Origin: Octopus vulgaris
Lineage: Eukaryota
Direction of reading: 5' to 3'
Length of the DNA stretch: 64,000 bases
Assembly: GCA_951406725.2 (NCBI GenBank)
Contig: OX597836.1
Span: 49,290,001 to 49,354,000, forward strand
In this document: piece after piece, positions 15,209 through 28,671 of the stretch
Layout: each line of letters opens with the position of its first letter
How positions within the stretch are numbered: the stretch's first letter is position 1
The notes under the pieces: generated by a model
Database searches by the model: none
The model's input: the letters and a program-made list of their open reading frames with translations, nothing else
What the model was told of the DNA's origin: nothing
Program-made: the position numbers and the translations under genes

Positions 15209-15925
15209 GGCGGTTGATTGGCCGAATGGTTAGAGACTCGGAAAAAATGTCTCCCGACATTTAGTATGGCTCTTAACGTTTTTGCCCATTTCGGCCCTTC
15301 AGGGCACCAGCGTAGCTAGAGTGTGTGTCGCCCGGGGCGGCCCTTCCGTTTGCCGCCCCAGGACCCCACAAAAAACAACATATTGCCTACAGCACCACCC
15401 CTTTAAAAGCACCGCCCGCCCCCTAGCTACGCTAGTGCTTCAGGGTGAATAAAATACTTGGGTTTGTGGTAACGACTTAACCCCTCCCCTCAAAATTTCT
15501 GGCCTAAAACTGGAAATTATTGTTGTTGTTGCTGTTAAGACAGCAGACAGCTACCAGAATTGTTAGCGTGCCGGAGAAAATGCTTAGCGGTATTTCCTCC
15601 GGCATTTTTGCGTTCTGAGTTCAAATTCAACCGAGACTGACTTTGTTTTTTGCGGGTTGTGGGGTGGAGGGGTGGGGGTGATAAAATAAAGTATCAGTTG
15701 AACATTGCAATCGATCTAATCCCTCTCTCCTCAGCCTTGGGCTAAAATTTGACAGAATCACTTTTATTGTTGTTGTTTTTCATCTTTCTTGGGATCGATA
15801 ATATAAAAGTGCAGATCATGAACCGAAATCGATAGAATCGATTAATCCCCACCCCACCCCAGAAAAAAAAAGAAAAAAGAGTTCCTAGGCCTTTTGCCCC
15901 TCCACATTAGAAACTTAATTATCAT
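15209..15925 (+). mobile_element. Cluster of about 3 SINE family B copies, the first interrupted by a MITE
   Basis: Heads ggcggttgattggccgaatggttag (15209) and cagctaccagaattgttagcgtgccgg (15548); ttctgagttcaaattc; gataaaataaagtatcag. Confidence 0.7.
15305..15437. mobile_element. 133-bp hAT-type MITE
   Basis: 15-bp TIRs caccagcgtagctag (15305-15319) and ctagctacgctagtg (15423-15437), 14/15 match. Perfect 8-bp TSD cttcaggg at 15297-15304 and 15438-15445. Confidence 0.9.
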
Positions 15926-16538
15926 AGATCACGGATGGGCAACCTTTTCGAGAAGCGGGCCGCATCAGACGAACCGCACTACTAAATAAATTAAAGGTGA
16001 TTTTTCGCGTCATTCAGTAAGTTCCGCCAACTGCTGTCTGCCTTTGACTGACATAGCCTTACCTCTAGGACGTTCCAACCGTGACCCTTTCTTTTTAAAA
16101 CTGCAGGTGTGTATGAAGATGTTTGACTGCTATTTCAGACACGTAGGGCGACCAGCTGCAGATCCTCAACATGCCCCTCAATAACACAGAGTTAGGAGTC
16201 ACCCTGGTTTGTGATGCTTCAACGAACCTGTCAAAATTCAAGTGACCCTTAGGCCTATATCTCTTTATTATAACCTATCTCCAACTTTTTATGTTGCATC
16301 ATGTAATTAAGTTTACATGTAAATTTTAATTACACAATGCTTGATTAAGTTTTGTTAAATAATTTCAAATATTAACGACACAGTTTGTGCTTCGTTGCAA
16401 AACGTAAAGATATAAAAAAAAAAGTGAATTTAGTGGTCCAGGGAGTTTTAATTGGAGATTTTGTTCTGCTTCATCGCTCTGTCAGATGTGTGTGCATATA
16501 TATGTGTGTTTGTGTGTGTGTGCACGTATGTGCGTATG

Positions 16539-16681
16539 TACGACGTGTTTCCACACAGTTTCTGTCTACTAAATCCACTCACAAGGCTTTTGTCGGCCTG
16601 GGGTGCCGCACAATGAGACTGAACCGGAAATCGCGAAGCTGCCCCAAGCCAGCTTCTCACCCGCACAGCCCTGCCTGTGCC
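16539..16681 (-). mobile_element. SINE family A, 5' half
   Basis: Minus strand ggcacaggcagggctgtgcgggtgagaagc...ccggttcagtctc...aagccttgtgagtggatttagtagacagaaactg. Confidence 0.75.
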
Positions 16682-19600
16682 ATCACCGCCACTAGCACCA
16701 TCACCGCCACTAGCACCATCACTACCACTAGCACCATCACTACCACTAGCACCATCACCGCCACTAGCACCATCACTACCACTAGCACCATCACTACCAC
16801 TAGCACCATCACCGCCACTAGCACCATCACTACCACTAGCACCATCACTACCACTAGCACCATCACCGCCACTAGCACCATCACTACCACTAGCACCATC
16901 ACTACCACTAGCACCATCACCGCCACTAGCACCATCACTACCACTAGCACCATCACTACCACTAGCACCATCACCGCCACTAGCACCATCACTACCACTA
17001 GCACCATCACTACCACTAGCACCATCACTACCACTAGCACCATCACCGCCACTAGCACCATCACTACCACTAGCACCATCACCGCCACTAGCACCATCAC
17101 TACCACTAGCACCATCACTACCACTAGCACCATCACCGCCACTAGCACCATCACTACCACTAGCACCATCACCGCCACTAGCACCATCACTACCACTAGC
17201 ACCATCACTACCACTAGCACCATCACTACCACTAGCACCATCACTACCACTAGCACCATCACTACCACTAGCACCATCACTACCACTAGCACCATCACCG
17301 CCACTAGCACCATCACTACCACTAGCACCATCACCGCCACTAGCACCATCACTACCACTAGCACCATCACCGCCACTAGCACCATCACTACCACTAGCAC
17401 CATCACTACCACTAGCACCATCACTACCACTAGCACCATCACCGCCACTAGCACCATCACTACCACTAGCACCATCACCGCCACTAGCACCATCACTACC
17501 ACTAGCACCATCACCGCCACTAGCACCATCACTACCACTAGCACCATCACTACCACTAGCACCATCACTACCACTAGCACCATCACTACCACTAGCACCA
17601 TCACCGCCACTAGCACCATCACTACCACTAGCACCATCACTACCACTAGCACCATCACCGCCACTAGCACCATCACTACCACTAGCACCATCACTACCAC
17701 TAGCACCATCACTACCACTAGCACCATCACCGCCACTAGCACCATCACTACCACTAGCACCATCACCGCCACTAGCACCATCACTACCACTAGCACCATC
17801 ACTACCACTAGCACCATCACCGCCACTAGCACCATCACTACCACTAGCACCATCACTACCACTAGCACCATCACCGCCACTAGCACCATCACTACCACTA
17901 GCACCATCACTACCACTAGCACCATCACCGCCACTAGCACCATCACTACCACTAGCACCATCACTACCACTAGCACCATCACCGCCACTAGCACCATCAC
18001 TACCACTAGCACCATCACCGCCACTAGCACCATCACTACCACTAGCACCATCACTACCACTAGCACCATCACTACCACTAGCACCATCACTACCACTAGC
18101 ACCATCACTACCACTAGCACCATCACCACCACTAGCACCATCACCGCCACTAGCACCATCACTACCACTAGCACCATCACTACCACTAGCACCATCACCG
18201 CCACTAGCACCATCACTGCCACTAGCACCATCACTACCACTAGCACCATCACTGCCACTAGCACCATCACCGCCACTAGCACCATCACTACCACTAGCAC
18301 CATCACCGCCACTAGCACCATCACTACCACTAGCACCATCACTACCACTAGCACCATCACTACCACTAGCACCATCACTGCCACTAGCACCATCACTACC
18401 ACTAGCACCATCACCGCCACTAGCACCATCACTACCACTAGCACCATCACTACCACTAGCACCATCACTACCACTAGCACCATCACTACCACTAGCACCA
18501 TCACTACCACTAGCACCATCACCGCCACTAGCACCATCACTACCACAAGCACCATCACCGCCACTAGCACCATCACTACCACTAGCACCATCACCGCCAC
18601 TAGCACCATCACTACCACTAGCACCATCACTACCACTAGCACCATCACTACCACTAGCACCATCACCGCCACTAGCATCATCACTACCACTAGCGCCATC
18701 ACTACCACTAGCACCATCACCGCCACTAGCACCATCACTACCACTAGCACCATCACTACCACTAGCACCATCACCGCCACTAGCACCATCACTACCACTA
18801 GCACCATCACTACCACTAGCACCATCACCGCCACTAGCACCATCACTACCACTAGCACCATCACTACCACTAGCACCATCACTACCACTAGCACCATCAC
18901 TACCACTAGCACCATCACCGCCACTAGCACCATCACTACCACTAGCACCATCACTACCACTAGCACCATCACCGCCACTAGCACCATCACTACCACTAGC
19001 ACCATCACTACCACTAGCACCATCACTACCACTAGCACCATCACTACCACTAGCACCATCACTACCACTAGCACCATCACCGCCACTAGCACCATCACTA
19101 CCACTAGCACCATCACTACCACTAGCACCATCACCGCCACTAGCACCATCACCGCCACTAGCACCATCACTACCACTAGCACCATCACTACCACTAGCAC
19201 CATCACTACCACTAGCACCATCACTACCACTAGCACCATCACTACCACTAGCACCATCACTACCACTAGCACCATCACTACCACTAGCACCATCACCGCC
19301 ACTAGCACCATCACTACCACTAGCACCATCACTACCACTAGCACCATCACTACCACTAGCACCATCACCGCCACTAGCACCATCACTACCACTAGCACCA
19401 TCACTACCACTAGCACCATCACTACCACTAGCACCATCACTACCACTAGCACCATCACTACCACTAGCACCATCACTACCACTAGCACCATCACCGCCAC
19501 TAGCACCATCACTACCACTAGCACCATCACCGCCACTAGCACCATCACTACCACTAGCACCATCACTACCACTAGCACCATCACTACCACTAGCACCATC

Positions 19601-19800
19601 ACCGCCACTAGCACCATCACTACCACTAGCACCATCACTACCACTAGCACCATCACTACCACTAGCACCATCACCACCACTAGCACCATCACTACCACTA
19701 GCACCATCACCGCCACTAGCACCATCACTACCACTAGCACCATCACTACCACTAGCACCATCACTACCACTAGCACCATCACTACCACTAGCACCGTCAC
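16679..19800. repeat. 3.1-kb minisatellite, 18-bp unit ACTAGCACCATC-AC(TA/CG)CC, about 173 copies
   Basis: Direct reading; explains the 1161, 1093 and 1052-aa ORFs (TSTITT, PLAPSL and MVLVVV hexapeptides). Confidence 0.97.
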
Positions 19801-20604
19801 CCCCACTACAACCACACTTCTTGCACCACTACCATCGCCGCCATCATTACGCCTCGACCACAGTTACTAACCTGCAACCACTACTACTCCTACCACCCAA
19901 ACTAGAATCACTTCTACTACTACTACTACCTATACCTTCCAAAGCCTCTCTACCATAGCCATCACCTATACTACACTACGACTAACACTAAACATCGTCA
20001 ACACCACCGTACTATTACAACCGCCACCACCATCATCATCATTATCATCACCATCACTACGCCTCCTCCACTCTCATCCCAATATCTGTCCAACACGATT
20101 GCTATCGCCATCACCACCACCACCTCCACCACCACCACACAGACGCAGTGTCGTGGTTGCTTGACATGCTAGAAAGAGTAGCCAACGCTCTCATCCTCTC
20201 AGCTCGTATCCCCTCATCTTCAAACTGGGGCATTACATTGGTTAATGTAAGTCTTATGAGATACGGCTGTCTTGAAAACAAAAAAATGATAGGATGGTCA
20301 TGGCTGGAACGTCTTTTAAATAATAGATCTGCACACTTGTGGTCAGGGGCTAGGGATAAGACAAACGCTGCAACTACAATACAACAACTACCTCCCACCA
20401 CCACTAAGTCAACTTGCAACACAATTCACGCACGTCAAGACATGTTTTATCGGATGGATTTTTTTTACTGTTTTTATTTTGTTTTTGTTTTATGAAGTGA
20501 GATCAATGTTTTAAGGTTGACAATGACAAAATCAATTTGATAAGATTGCTGTGTGTTCTGTGGCTATAGATATACAGATGTCTGTCTTATACATAACAGT
20601 ATTG

Positions 20605-20643
<39 letters not shown>

Positions 20644-20735
20644 TGTTATTGTCACTGTGTATGCATTATTAATATATGGTGTGTACACGTGTGCGCGCAT
20701 GCGATATAATCCGGACATAAGTCATCGAAAACAAT

Positions 20736-20789
20736 TATCGTCTGATGACTTTTTCGCATAAGCTTAGCATGAAACCTTCAGTTACGATG
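20736..20789 (+). ncRNA. Degenerate type I hammerhead-ribozyme-like motif
   Basis: tatcgt-CTGATGA-(22 nt)-GAAAc-cttca-gTT-acgatg; stem I pairs 6 bp in register; stem II is not intact. Confidence 0.35.
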
Positions 20790-20851
20790 TATTATCGATA
20801 ACAGACTATTATACGCGCGCACATATTTATCTGTGTGTGTATAATGTATGT

Positions 20852-21096
20852 GTGAAGTCGCGTGTCTTATTGGTTAGGCCGTTACACTTATGATCGCTGG
20901 ATCGTGGGTTCGATTCCAAGACAGGGCGGCGTGTTGTGTTCTTGAACAAAACACTTCATTTCACGCTGCTCCACCTCCTTTCAATCAGGAGGGGAGATGT
21001 GAGCCCGCTCGCACCCAGCCAGCGGGGGAGGCGACATATGAAGGCATAAAATTATTCAAAAGCGCATTGTGACCAACGATGTGTAACAACATCTGA
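20852..21096 (+). mobile_element. tRNA-derived SINE, family C
   Basis: A-box-like gtcttattggttag, B box gggttcgattcc, CORE-like tgtgttcttgaacaaaacacttcattt; related head at 63597. Confidence 0.75.
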
Positions 21097-21263
21097 CGTA
21101 TTATAGAGTATTTAAAACGAGAACTGCCAATCTAAGGATGCAAGTTTCGTGGGTTATAAAAATTGAGCTCATTTGTTACGTTCTATTGTCCATGAGCTTG
21201 CTTCTGCTTAATACACACACGCATACAGACACTCACACACCTTCTCTATCTCTCTCTAACACA

Positions 21264-21301
<38 letters not shown>

Positions 21302-21629
21302 GACAGGCGAAAATTTCACATGTAATTCGTAATTTAATTATGCTCTACAGCTGTTTCAATACTATAAAAACATCGTTTAATTACATAATTAACCTAAACA
21401 GTTAAAAGTGATATATTAGCCATATCTTCAGGAGAAAATATTTAAAAAAGGGCAACGAAGCGTGGAAATCCAGATTCCGTTACTGTATTGGAGTTTAATG
21501 ACGTGTTTATCAATTCTACTCTTAAATACCGTGAATATATTTTATGTTGCTTGTACATTAAATTCATTGTGTGCATATACATACACACATAATACATATT
21601 CATATATATATATATATATATACATACAT

Positions 21630-21686
<57 letters not shown>

Positions 21687-22024
21687 GCGCGCAAACATAT
21701 ATAGAGGAGAGAGAGAGAGAATACCTACATATCGAAGCATGTCTTGTATTCTTATTGAAGATTTCATGTCATTATTACGATGAGCGTGTGAGAGAATGTC
21801 TCCTTCTTTCCTTGATTCGTGCCTACCATAATTTCATGTTAGAACTTCAATCACTGTCTCATGTCTTCGCCACTTTTCTCACGTGACTCCTTTCTTTCAC
21901 TCTTTTATTCCCGGCAAGCTTTCATCTCGTTATCCATTCATGAATGTTTTCCTGCTGAAATTTTTTTAGGTTACTTTTGTTTTTCAGTTTTTTAAAATTC
22001 TTTTCTACTTTCTTTCACACTATT

Positions 22025-22085
<61 letters not shown>

Positions 22086-22474
22086 ATGGGAGGGCGTATG
22101 AGAGAGGTAAATAGTCTACAAGTAACAAAGAATATGTTATGAAAAAAAACCACTTAATAAATTGTAAATGTACATTTATATCATAATCTTACGAAATGGC
22201 TGCCGTGTTTCGGCAAAGCGAGTATTCGCTTAGTGTCACTAGTAAAAACACGCGCGCGCGCACACACACACGCGTGCGCATACGTATATGAGTGTGTATA
22301 TGTTTTTGAGTTGGGATATACACAGACCTTTTGTTAAGGTTTAGGTTTTGCTGAAGCTATATCACACTCAACTCTGTACACAGTTCCTTGCAACGGAAAC
22401 AGCTGTAAGCCAATGAATGTGATTACGTAACTTTGTTCATTCATTCATATATATATATATATATATATATAAAC

Positions 22475-22656
22475 AAACCAACACCGTTTGTCTACCTGCG
22501 TTCCGTAACTTAGCAGTCCTGTAAAAGAAAATGATAAAATGAATACCAAAGAAAAAACAGTAATTTCAGGGATCGAACCGTTCAAATAAAACCCCTTTAA
22601 GTCGTTGCTCCAGTATGGCCGCACGCCAACGACTCGAATAAAAGGTGACATGCCTG

Positions 22657-22697
<41 letters not shown>

Positions 22698-23030
22698 TTT
22701 CAATCTCTTCTTTTCCCTCTTCCTTTCTTTCTCTCTCTCTCGCCTTCCTCTCCCCATTTCTCTTTCCTCCTTAGCCCTCACCACCCCATCTTTCCCATCG
22801 TCTCCCCTTCCCCATAAAACACTTCGTCTTTTCTTCCTCTATTCTGGGGCACCGCTATTCAGGTTTTAGTCGAACAGACTCCGGTACTTAATTTTTTTCA
22901 TCAAGAAGCCTGGCATTTATTCCGTCGGTCGGTTTTGTCGCTCTGCCAAGTTACGGGAACGTAAATGAACAAACACCGGTTATCAACCAATGATGGGCAA
23001 CAAACAAGCACAGCAACACACACAAACATA
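22475..23030. mobile_element. Two SINE family A 3' halves in inverted (tail-to-tail) orientation
   Basis: About 22480-22645(+): ccgtaacttagcag...gctccagtatggccgc. About 22845-23030(-): ctggggcaccgc...ctgccaagttacggg. Confidence 0.65.
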
Positions 23031-23367
23031 TACACATATCCCTCTGTACATATATAGAAATTTATACACACACACGGACACACGCCGGGTCTCAAAAGCA
23101 CATTTTTGGAAGAGGTCAGGTTTTGAAGAGGAGTAGGCTTACCGTCGCACACATATATAGACAGGTATATATATATATATATCGATAGATACATGGATGT
23201 GTGTGTGTGTGTAACCTTCGACGTCTATAAATTATTGTTCCCGAAATATGTTTTTTATTCCTTCTACAGACCACTCGAAGCTTACTAACTTCCTACTCTT
23301 TGATCGTTGGATCTTACCTTTACACACGCACGTATGTGTGTGTATGTATATGTATCTTCGTGTGTGC

Positions 23368-23418
<51 letters not shown>

Positions 23419-23601
23419 AAGAAGATAAATGAATTATCTTATTACGGATAATTCAAATGATAACCGATACCTGGGTAGCAAAAATCACAACAGAAAAAGC
23501 ACGGTTGAAGTTACGACCATGGAGCATAAAATCCGTGCCTTAGTGCGGAAATTTGAAGTTTTATATATTAAGTGTAGGAAGAAATGGAGCTGAACGAAGA
23601 T

Positions 23602-23632
23602 TTAACAAAATTCCTTTTTAAAAGGAATTTTG

Positions 23633-23636
<4 letters not shown>
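23602..23636. repeat. Perfect 35-bp palindrome (17-bp arms, 1-nt centre)
   Basis: ttaacaaaattcctttt-t-aaaaggaattttgttaa, abutting (TA)n. Confidence 0.95.
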
Positions 23637-23671
<35 letters not shown>

Positions 23672-23733
23672 TGCAGTTTAAATTCTTGGAGAGAGTCATG
23701 TGCGCCCATGGTCGAATTTACTAATAATTATAT

Positions 23734-23786
<53 letters not shown>

Positions 23787-23966
23787 AAATGCTCGAAATA
23801 CGAGAGTAGAAAAAACAGCCAGCAACTGATGAAGCGTCGTTCTTTATATTGTTTGTCTTGTTTTCTATTTGTGTCTTCGTTGTTCGAAAAAACAGTTCAT
23901 ATTCCATGTACTCGTACTTACGTATTTATTTTTTCGTTGTACACGTTTCATGATGTTCTGTGCATA

Positions 23967-24034
<68 letters not shown>

Positions 24035-24152
24035 GTACATATATATATATAATGTACATATATGTATGTATATATGCATATATATTATATTTATTATTAT
24101 TTATATATATATATAATGTACATATATGTATGTATATATGCATATATATTAT

Positions 24153-24222
<70 letters not shown>

Positions 24223-25690
24223 CATAGGTTTCTTCGTGCATATTTGTATATATAAATAGTATACAGAAGGATGAGAGGATTTCGACTCTAACATGGTGTC
24301 CTTAATATTCAAATGTATCTTATAAATAATTACAAACACACACACCGATAGTCAAAGCAGTTTATATATTAATTACTAATTGATGGCGATTGCTGTTTAC
24401 CTTCGCCTCGTTTCCCCTTTAGTTCCGCTGCCTCTTTTCCTCCCTCTCTCTCTCTCTCTCTAATATTAATTCTTTCTCATCTTTCTCTTCCCTTCCATAA
24501 ATATAAACAATCTCTCCTCCGCGCACATTTATTAAACACGTGCGTTTGTTGCTTTACTTTCATTTTCGCGTCTGCTTCCTCTTACAATCCCCTTCCTTCC
24601 TCCTTCACCATTCTTCTGCTCCCACCACCACTAACAATCAACTACCATTCATTCTCCCTTCCTCCCACTCTCTCTCTTCATTTCCTTATCCCTGGCCCTT
24701 TTTTCTCCCTAGACCCCCCCCTTTTTTTTTTAAACTTCCTTCTCCTCCCTATTCTTTGTGTTTTTTCCCGTCGGATTCGACAATCTTGACCTAGAAATTG
24801 CGCTTGAGTGGAGTAAACAGCATTTAGTTGAAAAGCCTTATTTAATTTTTTTCCATTTTTTTCGAAAACGTTCCCCCCCCCCCACTGCTTTATTTCTTTT
24901 TCTTTGTTTGTTATTTAATTTGCACATCTATTTACCACCTTCTTTTTTCTTCTTTTTTCTTCTTTTTTCTTATACACTGACGTAACACGGGGTTTTAAGG
25001 ACTCTCGCACTGACGAGAGACGGGAACACAACAAACAATTCCTCGATGAATGAAAATTCTTCTCTCAGTGAAAGAATGCATGAATTAAGAGCGAAAGATC
25101 TGTGTGTGTGTGTAGGGGTTTGTATGTGTGTGTGTGTGTGTAGGGGTTTGTATGTGTGTGTGTGTGTGTAGGGGTTTGTGCGATAAATAGGCAGGTAGAT
25201 AGATAAGTAGGTGGATAGATATATACACAGATAGTTACACACACACACACACAAACACAAATGCATGTGTGCTAATATGTGTTTATATACGTTAACGCAT
25301 GCGTAAATTCTTGAAATATAATTTTCGTGTTTATATCAATTCTTTGTTTACGTGGGCGTGTTTACAAATACATGGATGTCTCCTGTATGCAATGTGTGTA
25401 GAAATAGATGTAATTACCAAAAACATTCGTCCATTGTGTGTGTTTGCGTGTTGTTGTTTCGGCCCAGTTCAGCTGTGGAAGACGCAACCGTGACCATCAC
25501 GTAATAATCTTATGTGCAAACAAAAGACAAAATACTCATTACCTAACGTATCCTTCTTTTTTGTGGTGGTGGTCGTGGTGGAGATGCCATAGTGTCGTTC
25601 GACCATATTAGGCTGTTGTTTCTAGTAGGATTGTATGTCTATGTTATGCATGTGTGTATGTATATATATACATGAATACATAGACATATT

Positions 25691-25733
<43 letters not shown>

Positions 25734-26397
25734 AACACACATATATATGCACACAGGCATATAACCAAACAGTATATCGTTTCCTCTTTTTCTTTTGCTA
25801 CGAAACTAGGGCCCTCGAGTCACTTCTGTAGCTTCACAACAAATGCATGATGTGTGTGTGTGTGTGTGTGTTGCGTGTCGAGACCCCCACCTTCGTTTTT
25901 AACGTCAAACATTACATATACATATGTATGTGTGTGTTTGTGGGGGGGGATATATTATGGGGGTTGGCTTAATTCTTCCTGGAATTCTCGGGGGTCTCCT
26001 CACACCCCCTCTGAGGCCCGTCCCTGGCCAGGTCTGGACACACCCGTTGTAGGAGGAGGAAGCCAGTAGTGACTTCGAAGGGATGAAAAACAAAGATCGA
26101 ATAGGGGCGGGGGGAAAGTCTCTCAATACACACATCTGTGCGTGAGAGCATTAACACACTCAGACATATATGTATATACATACGTTCACACGTATCTATG
26201 CATATATCTATACATTTATACATACACACATACATGTATGTATGTGTGTGTGTATGTGTGTATACACAACCACAGTTCAATACTGATGACTCATTGGGAG
26301 CCCTACTGATTGTCACCTGACCATTCACAGAGAAGCGAGGAGAACCTACCTCGGAGTAGTGACGAAGTGAGTCATCTTCGAACGAATAAACAATATT

Positions 26398-26441
<44 letters not shown>

Positions 26442-27299
26442 AAATACATGCAGATACGTACACACACACACACATACATTCATTCATACAATGTGTGAAT
26501 GTATGTATTGAGTACTATCCCTATTCATTCACCCAAACGTAAATGTGTTTTGTGTGTGTATAAATGATATAATGTATGAATGTATATATACGCACACACT
26601 CATGTAAGCTGGTGTGTGTGTGTGTGTGTGTATGCACGTACTGATACATTTATATATATATATATATGAATAAATACATGTAAATGTACGTATGTGTGTG
26701 CGCGCGTAAAAACCTTGTTGTTGGGGGGGGGTGCACGTAAAATGTGGGAAACCCGAAATGGTCTTGTGATATTTATTTAGTTCCCAAGGGAACTAGCATC
26801 AGAAGGGAAGCAGATCAAAGGTAAGACTCGAAACCGGCTCCAGTCTTTTACTAATCGACTGTGAAATCTAAAGTAGGTCACCGTTACCGGCGAATTGTTA
26901 GGTGTGTGGAGGTTGTGGCCTGCATGCCTTCACCAAATCTATTATGTTGTGATGGTTGTTTATTAAACTTCAAAACAGCCCCGAATGGATCTGAGCTGAC
27001 AAAATGTTGTCAAGCTGTTTCAATCCCTCATTGTTAGGGTTGTCTAACTATAAGGGGACACCTAGCACTTTCAGTAGCTAACCTGCGTCTTTCTTTTGTT
27101 TAACACAACAAAGTTTTGAGGGAGATTTGGCTGCTATTTAGCTGACCGAACATTCTTTCATTATATATATATATAATTTTAATTTTAATTTTAATTTATG
27201 CTATGTACGAAACTTTCACCCTTTCAACCACTTTTATAATTAATACAAATTAAAAACTACACACACACACACACACACACACACAGATATATACATATT

Positions 27300-27503
27300 T
27301 GTCTGCATTTGTCTCCCCGCCATGGCCGCTTGACAACCGATGCTGGTGTGTTTATGTCCCGTAACTTAGCGGTTCGGCCGGAGACACCAATAGGATAAGT
27401 ACTAGACATACAAAGAATAAGTCCTGGGGTCGATTTCTTCGTCTAACACCCTTTAAGGTGGTGCTCCAGTATGGCTGCAGTCAAACGACTGAAACAAAGA
27501 GGA
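27300..27503 (+). mobile_element. SINE family A, 3' half
   Basis: cgcttgacaaccgatgctggtgtgttta...ggtggtgctccagtatggctgcagtcaaacgactgaaac; near-identical to 10860-11000. Confidence 0.85.
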
Positions 27504-27513
27504 AATAAGATGA

Positions 27514-27555
<42 letters not shown>

Positions 27556-27589
27556 ACAATACATGCTTCCGTGTTTAGGTTTATGAACA

Positions 27590-27625
<36 letters not shown>

Positions 27626-28539
27626 ATGTTTTCTTGTTATTACTCTTGTGTGTTGTTGTTGTTATTTAAGCCTTATGATAAACGCCGTTCCTTTCTTTTA
27701 AAGGCTTTTAGTTGTGTGGCGAGTGATTCGAAGGAGATTTTAGCTGCCATTTCTAACATGTTGCCTTACTCCTCTTTCTCTATTAAACTTTCTATGTATG
27801 CATGTGTGTGTGTGTGTGTGTATATATATGCGTGTGTGTGTATATATATATGCGTGTGTGTGTGTGTGTGTATAGATACACACACACATTTATAGAACCA
27901 ATATGTAAGCGCACTGCTGTCACTGTGTATGTATGTATGTAGGTTGAAGGCTCCTATACTGGCCCCAGTTTTACTTGGTACTAAACAGGAGCAGAGCCCC
28001 ATAATGGAATGCATTTTAGCTCGCTTCGATTTTTTAGTCAAACACACTGCTGTTTCTAGCAGGTCGAGCGATCACGAAGAAGCTATCTATTGAACAAGCT
28101 GTGTGTGTGTGTGTGTGTGTGTGTTTTCTATAAATTATTTAGAACAATGTGTAAATATCCGTTATTGGCTGTGTGAGTAAGCTTGCATGTATGTATGTGT
28201 ATTGCCTGTGTGTGTGTGTGTTGGTTTTCTAGAGCGGTGTGTGTGTGTGTGTGTGTGTGTGTGTTTATTTTCCAATTGACCACGTTGTCAGTTACAATTC
28301 GGAGCATCTCGAGAAAACGTTTGGAATATATTTTGCTTAATGTGTTCAATCAAAATCATTCTCTCTCTCTCTCTCTCATTCATTCACTCACTCACTCACT
28401 CTCACTCTCTCTCTCTCCCTCTCTCATTCACACTCACACACACAAAACTGTGTGTGAGTGAAATATGCATAGGGTGTATATAAGGTGTTTGTATTCATTG
28501 TAAAATGTTCTGACCCAGCTTATATAGTAGTAGAAAGGT

Positions 28540-28671
<132 letters not shown>

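Noticed and set aside
16385-19958. Three ORFs over 1000 aa (mucin-like, Pro-rich, Val-rich)
   Set aside because: All derive from the same 18-bp minisatellite; openness in several frames reflects the unit sequence; flanks are SINE or low-complexity DNA.
20852-20930. tRNA-like sequences (also 36190-36264 and 63600-63660)
   Set aside because: A/B boxes continue into SINE bodies without a complete cloverleaf; these are SINE heads, not tRNA genes.
23787-23840. Possible hammerhead (tgctc-GAAA-tac-gaga-gta ... CTGATGA)
   Set aside because: No U-H cleavage site after stem III, and stems I and II do not pair in a valid topology; at best a truncated relic.
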